From: a virus
Virus record (IMG/VR): IMGVR_UViG_3300037086_000474
Span: 1 to 64,000 of that record
Strand: one strand, 5' to 3'
DNA: 64,000 nucleotides
Positions 44,398 through 54,000 of the stretch are shown here, in pieces. A program made the translations under genes and the position numbers. A model generated the notes under the pieces. That model was given only the letters and a program-made list of their open reading frames with translations. It did not search any database and was not told where the DNA came from. The stretch's first letter is position 1; the number at the start of each line of letters is the position of its first letter.

Positions 44398-44426
44398 AAG
44401 GCCGCTGAAAAGCGGCCTTCTCTTTT
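44398..44426 (+). terminator. intrinsic terminator
   Basis: AAGGCCGCT-GAAA-AGCGGCCTT-CTCTTTT. Confidence 0.75.
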
Positions 44427-44501
44427 ATCAGTCTGCCATAGCATTTCTCCTAAGCCGCCCGAAAGATAAACAAAACACTACTTTCTCAAATGGGGGAAAC
44501 T

Positions 44502-46064
44502 ATGGCCGTAGATACACTAATTCTTCTTAATGGAAGTACGGGACAACTTGTCATTCCTGATCTTGGAATAGAACTTCCTGCAGGAGATGATCTTGATCTT
44601 CTACAATCATCAGAGGACGAACAACTTTTAGAATCTACTGATCTTTCTACCGCCATGGGAGTTACCGGCGTTACGGTGAAGCTCAATGGTGGTTCGGCGA
44701 TGACATACCAGAACGTCATCGATTATCTACAAAAAATTTCTTTCTATTTCAATCTTGATTATGCCTACATTTCTGGAAAAGATTCTGCCACAGATATCAC
44801 TGGAGCAGAACTAGAGAGATTGACTGATGGGAGTGATGTATCTTCATCACCACAGTTGCATAATCACGACACTAGATATTACACACAGACACAACTTTCA
44901 ACTTCTGGACAATCAACCGTAAATTGGGGCAACATTTCTGGTGCTCCATCTTTTGGATCATTGCATTGGAAAGATCCAGCTGATAGAACAAATGCTGGCT
45001 ATGGTTCTGGCACAATGTTACCACTTACTGGAAATGCCATAGATGATGCTAGGATCGTTACTGATGATGGAGATGGCAAGGCTGCACAGTATGTTTGCGT
45101 GGCGATCTCCGGAGCTTGGAATGTTCAATGGATAAAAATAGCCGATGTCGATTGGGGAAATGCCTCTTCAATTGGGGTAACTCCAAATGGTAATCTAGGA
45201 TCATCTAATGTTCAGGCGGCTCTTTATGAACTGCAAGACGACATTGATGGTTTGTCTCTTGATGAGGCATACAACCGTGGATCATTGATCACTGTTGACA
45301 ATACAAATGTTAATTGGAAATTGACAAGTGCAAAGGTTTTTGAAGTAACTGACTCTGGTGGATCGAATGTTATATTTAGCGTGACTGGTGGAACAACCGG
45401 TGGTTCATTCTATTTCAATGGAACTGTGGCATCCACTATTGGAACAACAGCCGCTAATCTCACAATTTCTACAACAACTTCTGGAACCTTGAATATAAGT
45501 TCTTCTGGTACCTTGAATCTAAAAGATCAATACCTTACTTCAGGTATTCCTCTCAGTGAGAGTGGCGTAACAGGATTAGATGCTTATTTCTCTACTCACG
45601 CAACATCAATCATTGGAGCAATCAACTACTTAGCTGAAAATGTGGCTGGTGGAATGACTATAGTTGATGGCCAACTTTATATCTATGATTCGACTAGATC
45701 AAAACATCTCTCAGCCGCAAATATTGAATATGTTTTTGCAGATCTTAGTACTAAGGGAACCTATCTTGCAATTGGCAACGCACAAGCAACAACGATTGGA
45801 TACAAGCTTCCTACAAAAGCTACAATTATAGGAATTACTGCAATTGCAGACACCGCTGCTGATGGACAACAAATAGAAATACGAAAGAATAGTTCTGCAA
45901 CTCCAGTTGCCACATTCACATTTACTTCACAAGCTTATTCATCTTGGACAACTGATGTAGATCTTTTAGCTGGAGATATTCTACAAGCATTCTCCACTTG
46001 GTCAAGTGGAAGTCCAATCAAAAATGTGGTTGTTAGTGTATACGTTCGCTGGCGTACACCTTAA
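44502..46064 (+). CDS. virion fibre-like protein, short paralog of 27838..33264
   Basis: LHNHD...WGNISGAPSFGS, DDGDGKAAQY, WIKIADVDWG, YDSTRSKHLS. Confidence 0.7.
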   Translation: MAVDTLILLNGSTGQLVIPDLGIELPAGDDLDLLQSSEDEQLLESTDLSTAMGVTGVTVKLNGGSAMTYQNVIDYLQKISFYFNLDYAYISGKDSATDITGAELERLTDGSDVSSSPQLHNHDTRYYTQTQLSTSGQSTVNWGNISGAPSFGSLHWKDPADRTNAGYGSGTMLPLTGNAIDDARIVTDDGDGKAAQYVCVAISGAWNVQWIKIADVDWGNASSIGVTPNGNLGSSNVQAALYELQDDIDGLSLDEAYNRGSLITVDNTNVNWKLTSAKVFEVTDSGGSNVIFSVTGGTTGGSFYFNGTVASTIGTTAANLTISTTTSGTLNISSSGTLNLKDQYLTSGIPLSESGVTGLDAYFSTHATSIIGAINYLAENVAGGMTIVDGQLYIYDSTRSKHLSAANIEYVFADLSTKGTYLAIGNAQATTIGYKLPTKATIIGITAIADTAADGQQIEIRKNSSATPVATFTFTSQAYSSWTTDVDLLAGDILQAFSTWSSGSPIKNVVVSVYVRWRTP

Positions 46065-46089
46065 TTTTTTGGTAAAAAGAAAAATAAAG

Positions 46090-46290
46090 ATGACGGGGTA
46101 TTGGATAGCTTATGACAAAACAGTGATGGTAGTTGATCAGAATGATTTCAATAGTGGATCTCTTGTGAAGAAGATCATAGCAGATCCAACAGGAGATTGG
46201 AGTGGATCAGTTGGTCAATCACCACATTTGTATAGCGGGCATTTTGTCATCTCACAAGATGAAGTAATAAGATTGATTTTTGGAGATTAG
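46090..46290 (+). CDS. small protein with IF(E/G) C-terminal helix
   Basis: C-term DEVIRLIFGD. Confidence 0.5.
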   Translation: MTGYWIAYDKTVMVVDQNDFNSGSLVKKIIADPTGDWSGSVGQSPHLYSGHFVISQDEVIRLIFGD

Positions 46291-46292
46291 AA

Positions 46293-47381
46293 TTGAGAAA
46301 ATTTGCGTCTGTCACAGATCGATTGATTTTTGAAACTCGTGCAAAGAACCTCACTAAGCTTGGAGAAGAACCAGTTCTTTCAGTGGTAACCGATTTCCCA
46401 CTCGAATTCACGAGAATGGTTTTTAAAGGTCTTCAGCAGGTGTGGGAAATAGATCCAGATGTTGTTGAAACTGCTGTGAGAAAGATGGGTGAAACCATTG
46501 TTGGAAGCTCTCTTTCAAATAGAAACCCTTGGTTTGATAGCAATAACGACAATAGATTTGAATTCAAAGATGGAAAAAGTGGGCACGACATTCAATTCGA
46601 ACTCAATTTTATTGGAAATGAAGCACTGTGGAGCATTAGGATTTCATATGAAAGAGTTCTTGAAAAAAATCGAACTCTTCCGATAAGAATAGGAAGAATA
46701 ACTGCTAATGAAATGATTGCTAATTTCGTTGGTAAAGCAAAACAGATGATGACTGATATGAAACCTAGATATCCAAGGACCGCAGAAGGGGATGAAGCTG
46801 TTGAAAGAGCCGAAAAGGGATTGAAAAAAGAATGGCCTCAAATTATCAACAAGCTTCAGCCATTTGCAATGGCTCATTATTTGTTTTTTGGAGAAGAGCG
46901 CCAGGAAAAAAGAAATGTCCATCGTCTATTCTTGAGACCATCATTTTCAAAACACGGTATTGGTAGTTGGACACGTCATGTAGAAGACGCTCTTTCTTGG
47001 AACGACATCAATAGAAATTGGGGCTTTAATGATCCTCTCAAAGACTTTACTTATTCTTTTCAATTTGAGGCATTGGAAAAAGCATTGCCAGGAATATGGA
47101 AGCGTTTGAGAGCCAACAGTGTTTTGATCATGGGTGGAGGTTTCACTGGAGATTACATTTGGCTCGACACGTCTCCAGCATCAAGATCTGCAAGGCATCC
47201 ATCCTCTAGCAAAAAAGATGATGGTGGTTGGTATTCTTATGGAGAAGTAGAAGAAGACATAGAAAAGAGACTCGACATGCAAATTCAGGGTGCCAAAGAA
47301 AAAGCCAAATCAATGACACTCGAAGAATTCAAACGATTTCTCATAATAAATGCTCTAGACAATGTAAAAGAGGAGAAATAA
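46293..47381 (+). CDS. hypothetical protein
   Basis: 362 aa ORF, TTG start. Confidence 0.65.
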   Translation: MRKFASVTDRLIFETRAKNLTKLGEEPVLSVVTDFPLEFTRMVFKGLQQVWEIDPDVVETAVRKMGETIVGSSLSNRNPWFDSNNDNRFEFKDGKSGHDIQFELNFIGNEALWSIRISYERVLEKNRTLPIRIGRITANEMIANFVGKAKQMMTDMKPRYPRTAEGDEAVERAEKGLKKEWPQIINKLQPFAMAHYLFFGEERQEKRNVHRLFLRPSFSKHGIGSWTRHVEDALSWNDINRNWGFNDPLKDFTYSFQFEALEKALPGIWKRLRANSVLIMGGGFTGDYIWLDTSPASRSARHPSSSKKDDGGWYSYGEVEEDIEKRLDMQIQGAKEKAKSMTLEEFKRFLIINALDNVKEEK

Positions 47382-47382
47382 G

Positions 47383-47904
47383 GTGATAATCCTCTTGACT
47401 AATATTTCAAATGATACTGTCGTCATCAATGACTTGGGAATAGAGCTTCCCACGCAAGTTAGCTTAGACATAAGACCAAGGTATTCTGATGAACAAATAC
47501 TTGGATCTTCTAGTTTAATAGAAGCCATAGATGCCAGGGCATTTTCTTTGGCTGTTGATGGAGTTTCAACCACCTTTCCTCAACTCGTGGTTCTTTTAAC
47601 CTATTTGAATCGAATAAACCATGAAACTTTACCGACCTTAATACATGAAATTAGTCAACCTTCTTTTTATACTGTCACTAGAGACAGCAAAGGATTAGTC
47701 GCAAGTGTTATTGGATACACAGATGAGACTATGGTTCTTAAAGTAAGAGAGGAGATCTACACTAGAATTCCTAATTCTATTGCCATTACTTCAATTACTA
47801 CTCATCAATATAATACAAGTGGAAACATAGTGTCCACTGAAATTAATTATCCAATGAGAGATACAACTAATAAGATTTCCAACTATACGGCTACGAAGTC
47901 ATAG
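47383..47904 (+). CDS. virion protein with shared N-terminal module
   Basis: LLTNISNDTVVINDLGIELP matches 44502 LLNGSTGQLVIPDLGIELP. Confidence 0.6.
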   Translation: MIILLTNISNDTVVINDLGIELPTQVSLDIRPRYSDEQILGSSSLIEAIDARAFSLAVDGVSTTFPQLVVLLTYLNRINHETLPTLIHEISQPSFYTVTRDSKGLVASVIGYTDETMVLKVREEIYTRIPNSIAITSITTHQYNTSGNIVSTEINYPMRDTTNKISNYTATKS

Positions 47905-47916
47905 GAGAATAAGAAA

Positions 47917-48264
47917 ATGGATCTTAATCTATTAGCCACCCAACTTAATGAAGGCATCATGGGTGAGATTTATTACAGAGCAAAAGAGCTCAGAGCTTTA
48001 AAGAATTCTGGGACAGAAATTGTTAACAAAGTCGCACAAGAGTTCAAAAAAGATCCAAAGGATATAGAGAAACTCTTCTTGCCATATGCCATAAAGGATT
48101 TGGCCGATAATTCTGAGATTGATGATAAGAGATTTGAGACGCTGAAGACAAATTACAGAGATCTTTTTGACCAAAGAGAGTTAAAAACTCTTGGTAAGAC
48201 AACATTTGTCAATCGTCTTGTAGATAGGGTTATTGCAAAAGGACAGTGGGCTCAGGTAGAATAA
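47917..48264 (+). CDS. small charged protein
   Basis: N-term MDLNLLATQLNE. Confidence 0.6.
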   Translation: MDLNLLATQLNEGIMGEIYYRAKELRALKNSGTEIVNKVAQEFKKDPKDIEKLFLPYAIKDLADNSEIDDKRFETLKTNYRDLFDQRELKTLGKTTFVNRLVDRVIAKGQWAQVE

Positions 48265-48563
48265 TGACCTTCGACTATGTTGATAAAAGAACAACAAGCA
48301 AAGGATGCAGAATAGTTGCAAATAAAGCAGAGGGCAAAAATTTTTGGGGCGTGATTAAGGCTGATGGAAGTTTTCTCGTGCCTCTCTTTTTTCACAATAT
48401 AGTCATTGATGAAGATCATGGAAAGAAAGATGTTTTCAGAGTTGATTTAAGCAGAAAGCAAGAAGTTCATTCCTATTGGATTAGAGATGATGGCAAATGG
48501 GTGGATAATGGAAGGGACATGATTAGAGGGCTTTTCAAATTTGTTGGAGGATATGATTACTAA
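48264..48563 (+). CDS. IFE-tail family protein
   Basis: C-term RDMIRGLFKF. Confidence 0.55.
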   Translation: MTFDYVDKRTTSKGCRIVANKAEGKNFWGVIKADGSFLVPLFFHNIVIDEDHGKKDVFRVDLSRKQEVHSYWIRDDGKWVDNGRDMIRGLFKFVGGYDY

Positions 48564-48907
48564 TGCCAGAACCTTATCGATATAAAACACAGATTTTTGC
48601 AGTTGACGTTTTGGGAGAACCAGTCCCAAACAAAGTAGATAGATACTCAGAAGAACCAAGCGTTCATGTCAGTTTTGATACTAGAGACACTGAACGATAT
48701 GCAGACCACGTGGCCAAGGCTTATCATAAAGCCAAACGCATCGAGTGGCAAAAATCATATAAAGAACTTATGATGAATAAAAGAGCAGATCAAGCAATTG
48801 CTAGAGGGGTTGCTCTTTCTTCTACCCCCTTTGATGCAGACGAATATGAAAAGAGATATGGTGCAAATCTTGTAAGGACTACTGCCGTTCCCAAGGATGC
48901 TATGTAA
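48563..48907 (+). CDS. hypothetical protein
   Basis: TAATG coupling. Confidence 0.55.
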   Translation: MPEPYRYKTQIFAVDVLGEPVPNKVDRYSEEPSVHVSFDTRDTERYADHVAKAYHKAKRIEWQKSYKELMMNKRADQAIARGVALSSTPFDADEYEKRYGANLVRTTAVPKDAM

Positions 48908-48909
48908 AG

Positions 48910-49194
48910 ATGATTAGTCTTGAGAATGTAATTGAAACATACAGAAACAAAGGCAAAGACTATCGCTCATTTGAATATCTCGGTCTAGAGACAGATTGCT
49001 CATATAAGGGATATCAACATGAGTGGGAATGTAGAGTGGGTGGCATAATAGATATGCGAGGTCGATATAGTCCATATTATTTTACAATAAAAAGACTAAC
49101 AATAAAGGCATTGGCAGAGGCGCTTGAGAATATGTTTAGGAGAAATGAAGTCAAGAAACTTTTTTTTGATAAAATTTTTGAGGTTGCTAGATGA
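48910..49194 (+). CDS. IFE-tail family protein
   Basis: C-term KKLFFDKIFEV. Confidence 0.6.
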   Translation: MISLENVIETYRNKGKDYRSFEYLGLETDCSYKGYQHEWECRVGGIIDMRGRYSPYYFTIKRLTIKALAEALENMFRRNEVKKLFFDKIFEVAR

Positions 49195-49466
49195 TCAAAC
49201 TGTACACTTGGTGCTTTTATACTCCAGATGGAACTCGTACTTATTTTTTCAGTCTCAATGAAGAAAAGACTGTTGGAAAGGGGATTACATTTCCAAAATG
49301 GGCTGAGAAACCTATCTATCAATGGGATGCAATAGCTCACAAAGAAGATCCTGAAAACTGGGTTAATGCCCACAAGCCAAAGGAATTTTCTAGAAAAGTA
49401 ATTAGCTTTATTTTTGAAGACACTGCTTATGTCAAAAAGGTATGGGACCCATTCGATGAGTACTGA
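49191..49466 (+). CDS. IFE-tail family protein
   Basis: RKVISFIFED. Confidence 0.6.
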   Translation: MIKLYTWCFYTPDGTRTYFFSLNEEKTVGKGITFPKWAEKPIYQWDAIAHKEDPENWVNAHKPKEFSRKVISFIFEDTAYVKKVWDPFDEY

Positions 49467-49815
49467 TGTAGAAACAGGACAATGGATGACACGACAAATA
49501 GGAGCTCCTGGAACACACCTGGAACTATTTTTCTCTCTTGGTGACGCACACATCAAGAGCTTTATGAGAGGTGGTTGGATGGACGCAATACAGTGTGGAT
49601 CGATTGGAAACAACTATCTTAGACAACTGACTTGCACTTTGTATGAAACATCTAAACATCTCAGGAGAACAGCTATTCAATATGCTTCAAAACCAAGGCT
49701 TCTAACTCCAAAAGAACTGAGACTAGTGAAGAAAGAAATAAAAGAATGGGAAGAAGGCCCAAGACAGATATTTATGAAGTGTATTTTTGAAAATCCAAAT
49801 TCGAGAGTTCGATAA
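49456..49815 (+). CDS. IFE-tail family protein
   Basis: RQIFMKCIFEN; paralog of the next gene (GxWxTR...GWxxAIxCGSxG). Confidence 0.65.
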   Translation: MSTDVETGQWMTRQIGAPGTHLELFFSLGDAHIKSFMRGGWMDAIQCGSIGNNYLRQLTCTLYETSKHLRRTAIQYASKPRLLTPKELRLVKKEIKEWEEGPRQIFMKCIFENPNSRVR

Positions 49816-50147
49816 TGGAAGGCAAGTGGATAACGAGAGACGAAGGTGGTGACGATCGTTTGCTCTACTTTTGCATAAGTGGTGGACATGTTGATGATGC
49901 GCACGACGGATGGTTTGAAGCAATAAAATGTGGAAGTTTTGGGACCAATATAAATGGCAAAGACTTTTGTTTGATTTACGATAGTCCTGATGGTATGTGG
50001 AAAACAGGCATATGGGATCAATCGGATCCAAAATATTTAAATGCGAATGAAGAAAAACTCTTCAAAGCAGCATTCAAAAGATGGGGAAAAACTGGTCGAA
50101 GATTGTTTGTGAAAATATTTTTCGAGGATATGAAATGGAAGAAGTAA
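49815..50147 (+). CDS. IFE-tail family protein
   Basis: RRLFVKIFFED. Confidence 0.65.
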   Translation: MEGKWITRDEGGDDRLLYFCISGGHVDDAHDGWFEAIKCGSFGTNINGKDFCLIYDSPDGMWKTGIWDQSDPKYLNANEEKLFKAAFKRWGKTGRRLFVKIFFEDMKWKK

Positions 50148-50368
50148 AGCAAGAATGCGATGAACTCAAAGAGTTCTTAGACGTAGAAAGAAGAATTATT
50201 CTCAAACACATTGACAGCCACAAATGGTTCAATGGCATTGCTGATAAAAATGAAGCCATTGCAGACTTCATTTCCCGTTATGCATGGCTTATCCGGGAAA
50301 CTTACTGCATGAGCATTTGTGGCAATAGCAAGAATTGTGCTGTTTTGGATAGCTTGGAAGAAAAATGA
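50135..50368 (+). CDS. small hypothetical protein
   Basis: MEEVKQECDELKEFL...; SD GAGGA. Confidence 0.55.
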   Translation: MEEVKQECDELKEFLDVERRIILKHIDSHKWFNGIADKNEAIADFISRYAWLIRETYCMSICGNSKNCAVLDSLEEK

Positions 50369-50709
50369 AATCAGATACTAAGTTTAGAATTGGTGCCACA
50401 GTCTATTGGGCTGAAATAGATAATGCTAATTTATCACATCAGCCTGACGGTGTCAATCTTTTTAGTGGAACTGTAATTGAAGACAAGATGAGTCAGGACA
50501 GTCCATATATCAAATTCAAAGAGATACTTTACCACGTTGGAAAATACACTTATGCTGGTGAAGGACGAAAATTGGATCCAGTACATCAAAATGCTAGGTT
50601 CAGCCTCTATGGATTTATCAACTCAATGCATTATAAGATTTTCAAAAAACTAGAAAAGGCTCAGAAAGATATGATTGTTCGTATCTTTGAAAAAGAAAAA
50701 TGGCTCTAA
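50365..50709 (+). CDS. IFE-tail family protein
   Basis: KDMIVRIFEK; TVYWxExxN...PDGV shared with the next gene. Confidence 0.65.
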   Translation: MKSDTKFRIGATVYWAEIDNANLSHQPDGVNLFSGTVIEDKMSQDSPYIKFKEILYHVGKYTYAGEGRKLDPVHQNARFSLYGFINSMHYKIFKKLEKAQKDMIVRIFEKEKWL

Positions 50710-51011
50710 AAAGATCTCTTTACGATGATGAGACCGTTTATTGGGTAGAAGTGGAGAATAGCAAAAACATTCCATTTATTGAAAATCCAGATGGTGTTTT
50801 TCTTTATCGTGGCAAGGTTCAATACACATATGAAAGTGGGCGCTATTATGTCAATAATATGGAATTGTTGTTCTCTACAGACGATAAAAAGAGATCAAAA
50901 TATGGAAAAAGAGATGCAGATTTCCATAACCAGGACACGCTTTTTGACAATCTGCAAAAGGTGAAGAAAGAAATGATACGGATGATGTTCCAAAAACAAC
51001 ACTGGATGTAA
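50700..51011 (+). CDS. IFE-tail family protein
   Basis: KEMIRMMFQK. Confidence 0.6.
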   Translation: MALKRSLYDDETVYWVEVENSKNIPFIENPDGVFLYRGKVQYTYESGRYYVNNMELLFSTDDKKRSKYGKRDADFHNQDTLFDNLQKVKKEMIRMMFQKQHWM

Positions 51012-51058
51012 GATAAAAAATCCTGGCCAACAAAGATAGTCGTAGGAGCTAATACAGA

Positions 51059-54000
51059 ATGGCTGAAAATTATCGCATAGTAGAAATAAATGGCCTAGCC
51101 ATTGATCCAATCACTCAAAAAATGCCAGTAGAAATTACTGCTGAGCCACACGCTCTTTTTGGAGTTGAACATTATGGCTTGTTAGATGACAGTCAAATTC
51201 CTAGTGGAATAATGAGAGATCTCGAACATCAGCTCGATCCTCATACTATGATAATTGATGGAAGAGATGTTTCAGTGGATGGAACAAAACTCGATACAAT
51301 TGAAACAGGCGCTGAAGTAAACAATCTCACTGATCAACAAGCTCAGAGTTTGACATCTGGAATTGATTGTAATTGGCACACCCATGACAATAGATATTTC
51401 ACTAAAGCCCAGCTTTCAACATCAGGAATGTCGATGGTTGATTGGGGAAATATCACAGATGCTCCGACAGCATTCAATCCGACTATTGCTACTACCTCCA
51501 CTCTTGGTGGAGTTATTATTGGAAGTGGTGTCAATGTTTCTTCAAATGGAACAATTAGTGTCACTCCGTATACTCTTCCCAAAGCGACACAAACAACTCT
51601 TGGTGGAGTGATTATAGGGCACGATATCAATATCGATGTCAATGGTGTCATCAGCATCGACAATTACGAACCATATATGATGGAGCCTGTTATTTCTGGA
51701 TACTTGCTCTCTTCAAGTGCCGCGGGACTTCGCCATTGGGTTCCACCCTATTCATTACCTCCGGCCACAACTTCTACACTTGGTGGAGTTGTTGTAGGAA
51801 CCAACATTGGAGTTGATGCTAATGGAACAATAAGTGTCACCAATATTCCTTGGTCAATTATTTCATCAACACCAACTTCTATTGCTGGGTACGGAATTGT
51901 TCTCACGTTTTCCAACATCACAACTGCTCTTGGTTACACTCCAATCAATGTCAATCAAATTGGCGTTGCAAATGGTCTCGCTACGCTTGATGGTTCAGGA
52001 CATTTGACCAATTCTCAAATTCCTCTATCTCTTATTGGAGCACTCGTTTATCAGGGAGTTTGGGATGCCAATACAAACACTCCACATTTAGTATCTGGAG
52101 TTGGAACAAAAGGATGGTATTATAAAGTTAGTGTGGCTGGTTCGACAAATATTGATGGAACGACTTCTTGGGATATTGGAGATTTGATTATATTTGATGG
52201 AACGACTTGGGATGCAGTTGAAGAAGTGGCACCAGCAGTTGACAGTTTCAATGGAAGAACCGGCAATGTTGTACTTTCTTCTTCAGATGTCACAACAGCT
52301 CTTACATATACTCCATACAATGTCACAAACCCTGCTGGCTATTTGACACTTTCTACACTTCCAATTGGCTCAACAACAGTTCAAGGTATTTTGGAAGTTG
52401 GTGGTGAATTAGGTGTCTCAAATGGTGTAGTGTCCTATACACTTCCACAAGCCACGACTTCTACTTTAGGTGGAGTAATTGTAGGAACAGGACTTTCTGT
52501 TTCTGCTGGAAATATCAGTATTGTTTATGCAGGAACGGGTTCCATTAATTCAGCTTCTCACAGCGATCATACTCATTCTAATGGCTCCAACATTGGTGGC
52601 CCCTATGAACTCGCTGATGGAAATCCATCAGCTGATGGTTATTTGTTTTCATCCACAATTCTTGGTTCGAGATCTTGGGTGGCTCCATATTCTTTGCCAG
52701 CGGCAACATCCTTTGCTCTAGGTGGAGTAAAGATTGGATCCAACATTGATGTTGAGAGTGATGGAACAATCAGTGTCACTTTCCCAGCTGCCTATTCTCT
52801 TCCAATTGCATCTTCTTCGGTTCTTGGAGGAATAAAGATTGGGGCAAATGTTTCAGTTGCTGGTGACGGAACCATTTCTGTTGCAATTCCATATGTTCTT
52901 CCACCTGCGACCACTTCTGTTCTTGGTGGAGTAATTGTTGGAAGCAACATTAGTGTTGATGTGAATGGTGTAATTAGTATAACTGGATACGAATTAGCAC
53001 TTGGAAATCCATCGACCAATGGCTACCTGCTCTCATCAACAACTTCTGGCACCAGATCTTGGGTTGCACCATATTCTCTTCCTGCCGCTACTTCTTCTGT
53101 TCTTGGAGGAGTAATTATTGGAAGTGGCATCAACAATAGCAGTGGAACTATTTCAGTAACTCCATATTCTCTTCCTGCCGCTACTTCTTCTGTTCTTGGA
53201 GGAGTAATTATTGGAAGTGGCATCAACAATAGCAGTGGAACTATTTCAGTAACTCCATATTCTCTTCCTGCCGCTACTACTTCTGTTCTTGGTGGAATAA
53301 TAGTAGGAACCAACATTTCAGTTTCTTCTGGAACTATATCAGTTGCTACTGCCACCACGGCAGTTCTTGGTGTTGTCAAAGTAGGAACCAACATTACTGT
53401 ATCGTCTGGAACTATATCAGTTGCTACTGCCACCACGGCAGTTCTTGGTGTTGTCAAAGTAGGAACTAATATTTCAGTAGCTTCTGGAGTTATTTCTGTT
53501 GCGACAGCTACTTCATCGGTGCTTGGACTTGTAAAGCCAGATGGAACCATTATTACCATATCCTCTGGAGCCATCACTGTTGCCACCTCTACAACAGCGG
53601 CTCTTGGTGTTGTGAAGCCAGATGGAACAACAATTACTATTGCCGCTGGAGTTATTTCGGCGACACAATACTCTTTGCCAACAGCATCTACCACAGTTCT
53701 TGGTGGAGTAAAGATTGATGGATCCACCATCACTATTTCTGGTGGAGTAATTTCTGCTCCATATACCTATACTTTGCCATCTGCAACAACCGTCACTCTT
53801 GGTGGAGTGATCATTGGAAGTGGCATCACCCTTTCAAATGATGGAACAATCTCAGTCACTCCCTACACTCTTTCACAGGCCACGTCTTCCATTTTAGGTG
53901 GAGTAATTATTGGAAGTGGTATCAATGTTTCAAATGGAACCATAAGCATTGACAACTATGAATTGGCACTTGGAGATCCAACGGCAGATGGATATTTGCT

